Shown here: positions 15,332 through 24,746 of the stretch, in pieces
Numbering within the stretch: position 1 is the first letter of the stretch
Layout of the letters: every line of letters begins with the position of its first letter
Assembly (NCBI GenBank): GCA_964542215.1
Contig: CAZITR010000001.1
Coordinates: forward strand, 1 to 43,859
Reading direction: 5' to 3'
DNA from: an uncultured Verrucomicrobiales bacterium
GTDB taxonomy: Bacteria > Verrucomicrobiota > Verrucomicrobiia > Verrucomicrobiales > DEV007
Length of the DNA: 43,859 nucleotides
Notes under the pieces: generated by a model
Told to the model about the DNA's origin: nothing
What the model saw: the letters and a program-made list of their open reading frames with translations, nothing else
Database searches by the model: none
Program-made: the position numbers and the translations under genes

Positions 15332-18300
15332 CTATTTTTTCGACTCGCTTTCCGCCGCCGCCGGCTCGCCCTCGGGCTGGATCAATACGGGGAGGGCCTT
15401 GTCACCGCCGAGATATTCCTTGGCCAATGCATTGATCTCATCCAGTTGGATCGCCTCGTAGTCCGACACAAAACTACGCGCCCAGTCCAGCCGTTGCGGG
15501 TACTCCTGGCTGCTCTGCATCACGCTATTCATCCAGTAGCGGTTGGTTCTCCGGTACTCCTCGATTTGGTTGATCTGCGGTTTTTTCGCCCTCTCCAATT
15601 CATCCTCCGTGACCGTACCGGCAGCCAAGCCCTCGCCGATTTCCCTCACCACACCCGTCAACATTTGGGCCTGGTCCGGTTTGGATGTTACCGCGGCAAA
15701 AAGGTATCCGTAGCCTTCGAACACATCGCTCGGCAGATTGTGGGCAAAGGGGCTGTAGGCATCCCCCAACTCCTCGCGCACTTTCACCCGCAGGCGGTCG
15801 TCCATCACCAGCGCCAGCACGCTCAGGCGGCGGGTCCGTTTGATGTCCCAGATATCCTCAGTCGGCCAGTACACCAGGGACATGGCTTTCGGAATCGCTG
15901 TCTCCACACCGAAGGTCTGCTCCTTGACATCCCGGGGGAAGGCGACCTGGCGCTGCTTCTCGTAAGAGGGCTTTTTGTCCTCGCGTTTTTCCAGGTTGCC
16001 AAAGGTGGCCAACACTTCGGCGATCATTTTCTCCATCTCAAAATCGCCGACGACCGTGAGCTCCAAATAGGAACTGGCAAGCGGCTCCTGCAACCACTCC
16101 CGGACATCCTTCGCCGTCAGTTTCTCCATCTCCTCCTGTGGGGGGAACCCAAAGCGGGGATCCCCGCTGTGCAAGAACTGACTCACTGCACTTTGCATCA
16201 CCCCTTGGGGAGTCCGCTCGATCTGTCGGTAGATTTGATCCATCCCCCGCCGAAACAAGGCAGCCGCTTCCGGACGGTATCCCGGATCGGTGAAATAAGC
16301 CCGCATCAACAGCAACTGATCGTGCAGGTCATCCGCGTTGGTCTGGCCGCTCATGGCAAAGGCGTCGTCCTCCACACCGAAGCGCACCGAGGCCGTCACC
16401 CCTGCGTAGATGCGTTTGATTTCGTCAATGCTGTGCTCGCCCAAACCCCCGTCGGCAAAAGTGTTGCCGGCAAAAAACGCCAGCCCCGATTTGTCCTTGG
16501 GTTCCACCAGGCGGCCGCCACCAAAACGGGCCTTCACATGGACTGTTTCATCCTCAAAATCAGTCACTTTCAGGTTCACCCTCACACCATTTTCCAACAC
16601 CAACTGGGTCACCCCGAGATCCTCCACCACTTCTTTCTTGGCAACCTTGCCGGGTGCCGGGAGTTCGCTGTAGGCAAAGGCCTGTTCCTCCTGTAAAACC
16701 GGTGGCTCCACTGCAACTGCCTGGCTTGCTTGGTAGGCAGCCAAAATCGTGTCCTCGGCATTCTCAAGCTCCAGATTGCCGGTGATCAACACCAGTTTTT
16801 CCCCGCCCCCATCCCAAGCCTCCTTCAGTAGTGCCTGGCATTCCCCGGCGGTGATTTTTTCCAACTCGGCCTCCACCCGCCGCAAGTCATCCGCCGGACT
16901 GGTGAATACTTTCCTGCTACCAAGGTGGCTGGCGATCGCACTCGACAAATCCCTGGATTTCCGGGTTCCCATCGACTTGGCCTCTTGGCTATACGCTTCC
17001 AAAACATTCGCCTTGGCCTCCTTCAACTCCGAAGCGGTGAATCCAAACTCCAAAGCCTGCCTCAGCTCTTTGTCTGCGGTCTCCAGCGCCTCCCGCCAGT
17101 TCTCCGGACGGCAAGTCACCTCGAGGGAGGCATAGCGGACAAACCCGAGATTGTAGAGGTCATAAATATGGGAGGCACCACTCAAAATCGCCGCCTCTTC
17201 CTTCTTAGCCAGAATTTCCAGTCGCCGGGAGATAATCCGGTTGGCCAGGGCCAGACGCAAGTCCTTGGCACGTCGCTGCAGCGAGTCGCCCCCCTCGTCC
17301 ATCGGTTTCATGGTGTCGATAGAGACCGACACTTCGCCCGCCTCTGGCTCGGGATGGAAATGGGCAGCCAGCCCCCGCGAAGTCAACTTGCCGAGGTCTG
17401 GCTCCGCCGCCTTCCCGCCGGGTTTCAAATCCGAAAACACTTCTTTGATAGAGGTCTCGATCGCCTCCTCATCCACGTCACCCACCACGATCAGAGCCAT
17501 CCGGTCGGGCGTGTACCATTTCTGGTAGAACTCCACAAAGCGTTCCCGCGGGGCATCCTCGATGACCTCTTCCTTCCCGATCGGCAAACGGCTGCTAATC
17601 AACGCGTCCGGCAGGATAAATTTCAATTGCTCCACAAACGTCCGCCAACCCACGGAGTCCCGCGTCCGTTTTTCGCTCAGGATCACGCCACGCTCTTTCT
17701 CGATCGCCTGCTCTTTCAACAACATGCCGTCGGCGTAGTCACGCAACAATTGGAATCCCTGTGACAACAGCTCGGGATCCGAGTCGGGCATCTCCAGTTT
17801 GTAAACCGTCTCCTTGAACCCGGTGTGGGCGTTGGTGTCCGCCCCGAAAGCCATCCCCAGCCGTTGGAAATACTCCACCATCTCACCATCGGGAAAATGT
17901 TTTGACCCGTTGAAAGCCATGTGCTCCAGAAAATGCGCCAACCCCTGCTGGTTGTCCTCCTCCATCAGCGAACCCGCGTCGACAAACAAACGCATGCTGA
18001 CCCGCTTGGGTGGCTCGCTGTTCTTCATGATGGCGTAGCGCATCCCGTTCTCCAACAGTCCCCACTTCACCGCCGGGTCGGGCTTGATGTCGCTACCCTC
18101 CTGTGCCAGGGGGATCGGACTGGTTTCTTGTGAAACCGCCTGTGCCGCCTCCGGCTGCCCAGCAGAGCCTTCCTTGGTCATGTCGGGGGCGCTTGCCTTC
18201 TCGTTGCTGCTCTCCTTGGACAAAGGTTCTTTTTGGGGAGATTCCCGCGGTGCTTCCCGGCAAGCCTGCGCAGAAAACAACAAGGTGAGGGCCAAAGTCA

Positions 18301-18343
18301 ACCGGGGTACTGATTTCAAGATTGGGTTCTGCATATTTTTCAT
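15332..18343 (-). CDS. Secreted M16-family (pitrilysin/insulinase-like) zinc metalloprotease with a duplicated M16 module.
   Basis: 1003 aa. N-terminal signal-like segment, inverted zinc motif HFLEHMAFNGS (HxxEH), and a second inactive-type M16 half. Confidence 0.9.
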   Translation of the reverse strand: MKNMQNPILKSVPRLTLALTLLFSAQACREAPRESPQKEPLSKESSNEKASAPDMTKEGSAGQPEAAQAVSQETSPIPLAQEGSDIKPDPAVKWGLLENGMRYAIMKNSEPPKRVSMRLFVDAGSLMEEDNQQGLAHFLEHMAFNGSKHFPDGEMVEYFQRLGMAFGADTNAHTGFKETVYKLEMPDSDPELLSQGFQLLRDYADGMLLKEQAIEKERGVILSEKRTRDSVGWRTFVEQLKFILPDALISSRLPIGKEEVIEDAPRERFVEFYQKWYTPDRMALIVVGDVDEEAIETSIKEVFSDLKPGGKAAEPDLGKLTSRGLAAHFHPEPEAGEVSVSIDTMKPMDEGGDSLQRRAKDLRLALANRIISRRLEILAKKEEAAILSGASHIYDLYNLGFVRYASLEVTCRPENWREALETADKELRQALEFGFTASELKEAKANVLEAYSQEAKSMGTRKSRDLSSAIASHLGSRKVFTSPADDLRRVEAELEKITAGECQALLKEAWDGGGEKLVLITGNLELENAEDTILAAYQASQAVAVEPPVLQEEQAFAYSELPAPGKVAKKEVVEDLGVTQLVLENGVRVNLKVTDFEDETVHVKARFGGGRLVEPKDKSGLAFFAGNTFADGGLGEHSIDEIKRIYAGVTASVRFGVEDDAFAMSGQTNADDLHDQLLLMRAYFTDPGYRPEAAALFRRGMDQIYRQIERTPQGVMQSAVSQFLHSGDPRFGFPPQEEMEKLTAKDVREWLQEPLASSYLELTVVGDFEMEKMIAEVLATFGNLEKREDKKPSYEKQRQVAFPRDVKEQTFGVETAIPKAMSLVYWPTEDIWDIKRTRRLSVLALVMDDRLRVKVREELGDAYSPFAHNLPSDVFEGYGYLFAAVTSKPDQAQMLTGVVREIGEGLAAGTVTEDELERAKKPQINQIEEYRRTNRYWMNSVMQSSQEYPQRLDWARSFVSDYEAIQLDEINALAKEYLGGDKALPVLIQPEGEPAAAESESKK

Positions 18344-18422
18344 AAATCTGGTTTTTCAAAAATTCACCGGTGACAAGTTCAGGCAACCGATCAACTGCCC
18401 TGCTCGTGTCCGGAAGCATTCT

Positions 18423-19199
18423 CTACGCCCCCTGGTTGCGGCGATTATACTCTACGCAATCCTCGTACTTCACAAGTGATCCTCCGAAAATGTCGAGCGC
18501 GCTGCCCACCGTCACATCCACCCTGCCGCGGCTCAGACGGTCCACCGTTTCCAGATCCCGAAAACTCCGGACTCCCCCCGCATAGGTCACCGGACAGCCC
18601 CCCCAAGCCCCCAACATTTCCACCAAATCTTCATCGATGCCCTCGCAGCGCCCCTCCACATCCGCGGCGTGGACCAAAAACTCCGCACAACTCGCGGCGA
18701 GTTCCGCCAATGTCTCCACCGTCACCCACAGGTCGGTCTTGGTCTGCCAACGATCCATCGCCACCACCCAGGCATCTGCTTCCCGGCGGCAACTGAGATC
18801 CAGCACCAGCCGTTCTCGGCCCACCTCGTCCACCAGGCGGTCCAGGGAATTTTTCTGAAAATGGCCCTGCCGATCAAAAAGGCACGAGGTCGCGATCACA
18901 TGGCTCGCCCCCGCCTCCAACCAGCTGCCCGCGTTTTCCGCCGAGATCCCCCCGCCGAGCTGCAAGCCCCCCGGAAAGGTCGACAGCGCCTCCCGGGCCG
19001 CCTGTTCATTGCCCGGCCCCAGCATGATCACATGCCCCCCGTGCAAAGAATCGCGGCGATAGAGCCCGGCAAAATAGGCCGCCGACTGCTCGCTGACAAA
19101 ATTCGTCCGCAGGGACTCCCCCGCAGCGTCCAGAGTGCCCCCGACGATTTGTTTCACCTTGCCCTCGTGCAGATCAATACATGGCCGGAATTTTGTCAT
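18423..19199 (-). CDS. hisA: ProFAR isomerase (HisA), eukaryote His6-like type.
   Basis: From the internal ATG at 19199: MTKFRPCIDLHEGKVKQIVGGTL..., later LQLGGGI and VTYAGGV. The track ORF start at 19250 adds an implausible leader. Confidence 0.85.
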   Translation of the reverse strand: MTKFRPCIDLHEGKVKQIVGGTLDAAGESLRTNFVSEQSAAYFAGLYRRDSLHGGHVIMLGPGNEQAAREALSTFPGGLQLGGGISAENAGSWLEAGASHVIATSCLFDRQGHFQKNSLDRLVDEVGRERLVLDLSCRREADAWVVAMDRWQTKTDLWVTVETLAELAASCAEFLVHAADVEGRCEGIDEDLVEMLGAWGGCPVTYAGGVRSFRDLETVDRLSRGRVDVTVGSALDIFGGSLVKYEDCVEYNRRNQGA

Positions 19200-19341
19200 T
19201 ACACACCCATAAGCGACACCGACCCGATTCCCAACCTCCAAATTCCCCACTCTCCCTCTGCGCCTCTTGAACGCCCAAGTCTCGACCTAGGAGATCTGCA
19301 AGATCCCTCTTCACTTTTCACTCCCCCTTCCCTACCCGCCG

Positions 19342-20367
19342 TCACGCCACGCAGAAAAAATCCTTCCCCTCGACAAAACCCGCTGCCCGCGCCACCGTCC
19401 TGATCCTCTCCCTCGCACCCGGTACCCCCACGCCACCGATGAGCACCGTCCCCTTGGCATCATCCATGCAGCTTCCGTCTAACACGGGAATCCCCCCGAT
19501 CTTCTCACCGATCCGCCGTTCGTTCACTTCAAAAAAACAACGCACCCGGATCCCCGAAGCCTGCAACCACCGGGCGGTTTTTTTCCCGATCCTGCCCGCC
19601 CCGGCGATCGACACCCCATTCTCGCGCACCGCCGGTTCCCGAGCCAGGTAGAACGCCTTGGCCTGGAGGAAATTGTCCTGGCTGTAGCGATTGGAAGTCC
19701 GGGTCACCCGGGTGGAACTGTCGTACCAGTCGAGCAACACCCGCTCTACTTTGCCGATTTTCTCCCCCGCCCGCAGCATCCTCAACCACAGGTCGTAGTC
19801 CTCCGCCCACTCCACCTCCCCGTAGCCGCCCATGCGCTGCATCGCCTCCCGGCGGATCATCGCCGTCGGATTGGCGATCGGACTGTCGATAAAGCGTTCG
19901 TTCGCGATGGCTGCGGGTGTCACGAGTCCGTTCAACCACTTTTCGTACTCCCGGTATCCCTGCAAAGGTTCCGTCCCACTCAAATCATTCTGGCGCAACC
20001 GGATCCTGACCAGGGTTCCACAGGCGGCCAGTTGCGGGTGCTCGGCCATGTATTTAGCCTGGCACTGCAGGCGGTCGGCATAGGAAAAATCGTCCGCGTC
20101 CATCCTCACCAGCAAATCCCCCCGCGACTCCCGGGTGCAGAAATTGAGTGCCTCGACAAAAGTGGAACCCCCGGGGGCACGTGCGACCCGCACCCGGGAA
20201 TCCCGCCGCACATACTTTTTCATAATCGAGAACGTCTGGTCGCTCGACCCGTGGTCGACCAATACCAGTTCGAAATCCGGCAGGGTCTGCGCCAGGCAAC
20301 TCTCGATCGCCATCGGCAGGGTTTGCGCCGCATTGCGCGCAGGCATCAAGATCGAGATCGAAGACAT
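19342..20367 (-). CDS. Family 2 glycosyltransferase with a C-terminal Rossmann-like extension.
   Basis: From the ATG at 20367: MSSISILMPARNAAQTLPMAIESCLAQTLPDFELVLVDHGSSDQT, and the DxD-like motif RMDADD. The C-terminal GAGRIGKK resembles a dinucleotide-binding loop. The longer track ORF overlaps pilD. Confidence 0.8.
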   Translation of the reverse strand: MSSISILMPARNAAQTLPMAIESCLAQTLPDFELVLVDHGSSDQTFSIMKKYVRRDSRVRVARAPGGSTFVEALNFCTRESRGDLLVRMDADDFSYADRLQCQAKYMAEHPQLAACGTLVRIRLRQNDLSGTEPLQGYREYEKWLNGLVTPAAIANERFIDSPIANPTAMIRREAMQRMGGYGEVEWAEDYDLWLRMLRAGEKIGKVERVLLDWYDSSTRVTRTSNRYSQDNFLQAKAFYLAREPAVRENGVSIAGAGRIGKKTARWLQASGIRVRCFFEVNERRIGEKIGGIPVLDGSCMDDAKGTVLIGGVGVPGARERIRTVARAAGFVEGKDFFCVA

Positions 20368-20377
20368 CGGCTTGCCA

Positions 20378-21556
20378 CTAGTAAATTCCGCCTCCCATCC
20401 CCATCCCGCCGAGATACCAAGCCACCATGGCCTTGCCATAGAACATCCAGACAAAGGCGCCGACCGCCAGATAGGGTCCGAAAGGCAGGGGCTGCAGCCA
20501 CGAATCCCGCAACACCAGTTTTTGGAACAACCCCAGCACCGCACCCAGGATCGACGCCACGAACACCGTCACCAACACCGCCTGCCAGCCCAGGAAAGCC
20601 CCGATCATAGCGATAAACTTTACATCGCCGAAACCCATCGCCTCCCGCGGGATCACCACTTTGAGACATTTCCCCTCCACTTGCTCCACTTCCTCCAGGG
20701 CAAACTCTTGGTCGCCCGCGACAAAACGGTCGTGCCAGACCTCCAACTGGTCCACATCGTGGTTTTTCCCATTGATCCGCAACTCAGTTACATCGACCAC
20801 CATCCGGTCGCTGGGCCGGTAAAAAACATCCGTCCACGGCTGCACCTGCCCATCGATATCGATCATGGGCTCATCGGCATCCCGCTCCTGGCCGATGCTC
20901 CATCTGACCGGCTCGTCAAACTCCTGGCATGTGCGGCCGAAAGCGGCCTTGCCAAACTGCACCACCGCCCACAGCAAACCATAGCCGGCAGCCGCCCCCA
21001 CCATCGACAACCACAGTGCCTGCAGGCGGGAACCCTCCCCCATCAGTTCCGGCACGATCAATACCGCCAGCCAGGCCACCACCAACCCTCCCAAGGTGAT
21101 CGAATCGGGAATGATAAAATGGTCGATATCGATGAAAACCGCCGCGACCAACAATCCTGCCAGCACCCAATAGGCGATCGCCACCCCCACCCCCGACGCA
21201 AACCCAGGTCCAGGATCGGGGACAAACACCTGCCAAATCACAAAAAAAAGGATTGCCGTCATCAACTCGACGGCAAAGTAGCGGAAGGCAATTGGTTGCC
21301 CGCAAGAGGCACAACGCCCACGCAGCCACAACCAGCTGATCATCGGGAGATTCTGGCACCAAGGGATCGCATACTTGCAGGAGGGACAAAACGAGCGCTT
21401 GGGTTCATTGACGCTCAGGCTGATCGGTAAACGGTAGATCACCACATTCAGGAAAGAACCCACGCACGATCCAACGCAGAAGGCCACGGCGGGCAAAATG
21501 AACTGATAAAAAATCTCCAATGGCAACATGGTGTATACTTGGTTTCCTGCGGGCAT
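20378..21556 (-). CDS. pilD: Type IV prepilin peptidase (A24 family) with a ~100-aa insertion before the second catalytic Asp motif.
   Basis: GSFLNVVIYRLP, CPSC...CASC zinc-type cysteines, first Asp motif FIDIDHFIIPD, second motif MGFGDVKFIAMIGAFLGW. Confidence 0.85.
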   Translation of the reverse strand: MPAGNQVYTMLPLEIFYQFILPAVAFCVGSCVGSFLNVVIYRLPISLSVNEPKRSFCPSCKYAIPWCQNLPMISWLWLRGRCASCGQPIAFRYFAVELMTAILFFVIWQVFVPDPGPGFASGVGVAIAYWVLAGLLVAAVFIDIDHFIIPDSITLGGLVVAWLAVLIVPELMGEGSRLQALWLSMVGAAAGYGLLWAVVQFGKAAFGRTCQEFDEPVRWSIGQERDADEPMIDIDGQVQPWTDVFYRPSDRMVVDVTELRINGKNHDVDQLEVWHDRFVAGDQEFALEEVEQVEGKCLKVVIPREAMGFGDVKFIAMIGAFLGWQAVLVTVFVASILGAVLGLFQKLVLRDSWLQPLPFGPYLAVGAFVWMFYGKAMVAWYLGGMGMGGGIY

Positions 21557-21618
21557 CGCTTGCGGGAGCGGGGATCATCGCCCAAACTACGGCAAAGTCT
21601 ATACCAAGCGCTGCAACC

Positions 21619-22404
21619 ATGTCCAAGGCATTTGTCCAGTATCCTATTTTGTGCCCAGAATTCCAAAGCTTGCCCCGCTGCATCCTGCGCGGACTGCCGC
21701 TCATCATCACGTGGCTCGCCATGGCCTTTGCCCCGGACTCCCTGCAGGCCAGGGATCTTTACCCCAGCCCGCAGAATACCGGGGTCCTGAACAAATCCGT
21801 CACCATGGGGCTCCTGCCCGTCCAGGGCCATATCCCGGACATCGTGATCGACCTGAGGTACGCCACGCCCCACAATGTCACCAAGCGCGCCCTCTACCCG
21901 CCGGACATGCCTTGCCTGCTCCACCACATGACCCTCGCCCGCCTGAAGCGTGCCCAGAAAACACTGCGGCGCAAAGGCCTGCGCTTGAAAATATGGGATG
22001 CCTACCGCCCGCCGCAAGCCCACCGGGCATTGTGGCGGGCCACCCAGGCACCGGGCTATGTCGTGCCTCCGGAGAAAGGGCTCTCCCTGCATTGTTACGG
22101 GGTGGCCGTCGATGTCACCTTGGTCGACAGACAAGGGCGGCAACTCTTGATGCCGACCGACCACGACGAATTTTCGCCCGCCGCCGCCTCCGATTATACC
22201 GGGGACAACCCCGTGATCCACCGCAATCTCCAAATCCTGCAAAAAGCCATGAAAAAGGCTGGATTCAGCACTATAGAAAGTGAGTGGTGGCATTTCATCA
22301 ATCTGGAACCACAGGGGGCGAGGGCCATCGACGCCCACCAACTGGGGATCCAACTACCAGCAACGACGAGCCTGCGGGCCAGACCCATTGAACCCACTGA
22401 TTGA
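21619..22404 (+). CDS. ddpX: D-alanyl-D-alanine dipeptidase (VanX/DdpX, M15D), probably exported.
   Basis: From the ATG at 21619, with a signal-like LPLIITWLAMAFA. Motifs IDLRYATPHN, KIWDAYRP, SLHCYGVAVDVTL, EWWHF. Confidence 0.8.
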   Translation: MSKAFVQYPILCPEFQSLPRCILRGLPLIITWLAMAFAPDSLQARDLYPSPQNTGVLNKSVTMGLLPVQGHIPDIVIDLRYATPHNVTKRALYPPDMPCLLHHMTLARLKRAQKTLRRKGLRLKIWDAYRPPQAHRALWRATQAPGYVVPPEKGLSLHCYGVAVDVTLVDRQGRQLLMPTDHDEFSPAAASDYTGDNPVIHRNLQILQKAMKKAGFSTIESEWWHFINLEPQGARAIDAHQLGIQLPATTSLRARPIEPTD

Positions 22405-22411
22405 TCCAACC

Positions 22412-23743
22412 ATGAAAAAACGTGCCGCAGACATCATCCAACGACTGAGGGAAAATGGCTTCGAAGCCTATTTCGCCGGTGGTTGTGTGCGCGACCACCT
22501 GCGCGGCATGGATCCCAAGGATTTCGATATCGCCACCAGCGCCCGGCCAGACGACATCCTGCGCCTGTATCCAGACGGCAACACGGTGGGTGCCCACTTC
22601 GGGGTGATCCTGGTGCGGCTCCACCAATGGGATTTCGAAATCGCCACTTTCCGCTCCGACATCGGGGGCAGCGATGGACGGCACCCGGAGCGGGTCGCAT
22701 TCACCAATGCAAAGGAGGACGCGCAGCGGCGCGACTTCACGATCAACGGCATGTTCTACGATCCGGTAGAGGAGAAAATCATCGACTATGTCGGTGGCCG
22801 GAAAGACCTGGAAAAGGGGATCATCCGGGCGATCGGGAATCCACAGAAACGCTTCCAGGAGGATTACCTGCGGATGATGCGCGCCCTGCGTTTTTCCACC
22901 GTTCTGGGGTTTGAAATCGAACCCGACACCTGGAGCGCCATCCAAAAACAAGCCCACCAAATCACCAAGATCAGCCCCGAGCGGATCCGGGATGAACTCG
23001 ACCGGATCTGGCTCTCCCCGGCGCGGGTCAAAGGGTTTGACCTGCTCGTCGACAGCGGACTGATGCAGGCGATCTTCCCCGAGATCATGGATCTCCAGGG
23101 TTGCGAGCAACCCCCGCAATTCCATCCCGAGGGCGATGTCTTTGTCCACACACGACTGATGTTGGAACTGCTCGACAAAGACGCGGATTCCCTACCCTTG
23201 ATCCTGTCTGTATTATTCCACGACATCGCCAAACCGGCGACCCAGACATTTGATGAAGCCGACCAGCGCATCCGCTTCAACGGCCACGACCGCATCGGTG
23301 CCGAGATGGCCGCCTCGATATTGCGTCGGCTCCGCTACAAAAACGAAATCATCGATGACACCGTCACCGCGGTCAAACACCACATGGTTTTCAAGGATGT
23401 GCAGGAGATGCGCACCGCGAAACTCAAACGCATGATGGCGCGCCATACCTTTGCCGACGAACTCGAACTGCACCGGGTCGATTGCCTCAGTAGCAACGGC
23501 TTGGTGGACAACTACGAATTTATGAAGGCCAAGGCGGCGGAGTTCGCCGCGGAACCACTGATCCCGCCGCGCTTGGTCAATGGCCGGGATCTCATCGAGC
23601 TGGGTTGGAAACCGGGCCCCGACCTGGGCGCGGCACTGGAGCGAATCCAGGATCTGCAACTCGAGTCCGTTCTGACCTCCCGCGAACAAGCCCTGGACTG
23701 GGTGAAGGAAAATCTGGCCCCGCCCTGTGAATCACCAAGTTGA
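22412..23743 (+). CDS. cca: CCA-adding tRNA nucleotidyltransferase / poly(A) polymerase family enzyme with an HD domain.
   Basis: From the ATG at 22412: MKKRAADIIQRL...YFAGGCVRDHLRG..KDFDIAT, RRDFTINGMFYD, RALRF, HD motif LFHDIAKP. Confidence 0.85.
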   Translation: MKKRAADIIQRLRENGFEAYFAGGCVRDHLRGMDPKDFDIATSARPDDILRLYPDGNTVGAHFGVILVRLHQWDFEIATFRSDIGGSDGRHPERVAFTNAKEDAQRRDFTINGMFYDPVEEKIIDYVGGRKDLEKGIIRAIGNPQKRFQEDYLRMMRALRFSTVLGFEIEPDTWSAIQKQAHQITKISPERIRDELDRIWLSPARVKGFDLLVDSGLMQAIFPEIMDLQGCEQPPQFHPEGDVFVHTRLMLELLDKDADSLPLILSVLFHDIAKPATQTFDEADQRIRFNGHDRIGAEMAASILRRLRYKNEIIDDTVTAVKHHMVFKDVQEMRTAKLKRMMARHTFADELELHRVDCLSSNGLVDNYEFMKAKAAEFAAEPLIPPRLVNGRDLIELGWKPGPDLGAALERIQDLQLESVLTSREQALDWVKENLAPPCESPS

Positions 23744-23752
23744 TGCCCTCCG

Positions 23753-24694
23753 ATGCCATTTTCCCGACTCCTACCGCCATTGCTTTTCCGCCCGGGCACC
23801 GCACTGTTGACATTGACGACCGGGTTGAGTCTTTCCTGTCAGCCGGGGCAGGAAGGAAACGTTGAACCCACCACGGAGGAAGCTGTCATTTTCGCCTCGG
23901 TCCCCCCGCAGGCTTATTTACTCAACTCCATCGCCGGGTCGGAATTTGACGTTCGCACCCTGATCGAACCCGGCCAAAACCCCCATCATTGGCTGCCCAG
24001 CCCCAAACAAACCCTCGCCCTCCACCAGGCGGTCGCCTGGTTTCCCTCGGGCCTGCCATTTGAAAAAAAAATCCGGGAGGGGTTCCAGGACAAAAAAAAC
24101 CGTCTACAGGTTTTTCCTCCGCTTGCCCCCGACCCGGCTGAAATCCAACCTGAGGGGAAAGCGAGTGCTGACCACCATCATCACCATGACCCCCACACCT
24201 GGCTGTCCCCGCCCTGGCTGATCGGACAAGCGCAGGCCACCGCCAAGGCACTCAGCCAGCTCGACCCGGAGAATGCCGCGCTCTACCAGGATCGGGCGAC
24301 CAGGCTAGTGGACAAGATCAGCGCTTTGGACGAGCGGCTCAGGCGACAACTCAAGCCCTACCACGGGCGGTCCTTCTTGATCCTACACCCCGCACTGGGG
24401 CATTTTGCCCACGCTTATGGACTCGAGCAAAAGGTGATCCAATCCGGTGACGCCCCGCCTACCCCCAAACACCTGCGGGAACTCATCCAACAGGCCCGGC
24501 AAGACAACACGGCAACCGTGTTCACCCAACCCCAGTTCGATGACCAGAGCGCCCGCATGGCGGCCGAAGCTATCGGTGGCCGGGTGGTGACCATCGACCC
24601 GCTTGCGGAAGATGTGCTTGCCAACCTAAAAAACATTGGCGACACATTGAGCGATGCCTTTTCCCTATCAACCCGGTCTACGCAGGAGCAATGA
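23753..24694 (+). CDS. znuA: Metal (zinc/manganese) ABC transporter substrate-binding lipoprotein.
   Basis: Lipobox-like LSLSC, His-rich loop ADHHHHHDPHTW, HPALGHFAHAYGL. Confidence 0.85.
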   Translation: MPFSRLLPPLLFRPGTALLTLTTGLSLSCQPGQEGNVEPTTEEAVIFASVPPQAYLLNSIAGSEFDVRTLIEPGQNPHHWLPSPKQTLALHQAVAWFPSGLPFEKKIREGFQDKKNRLQVFPPLAPDPAEIQPEGKASADHHHHHDPHTWLSPPWLIGQAQATAKALSQLDPENAALYQDRATRLVDKISALDERLRRQLKPYHGRSFLILHPALGHFAHAYGLEQKVIQSGDAPPTPKHLRELIQQARQDNTATVFTQPQFDDQSARMAAEAIGGRVVTIDPLAEDVLANLKNIGDTLSDAFSLSTRSTQEQ

Positions 24695-24746
24695 AATCCG
24701 TGGTTAAACCATTCTTTGCCATGTAGTGTGGTATCCCAATAAACAC

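Noticed and set aside
15031-15435. The C-terminal ~135 residues of the 575-aa recombinase ORF, considered as genuine coding sequence.
   Set aside because: This part runs through the att repeat, the orphan spacer, the antisense of tRNA-Ser and the 3' end of the M16 peptidase gene. Its translation is low-complexity. It is read-through caused by loss of the native stop.
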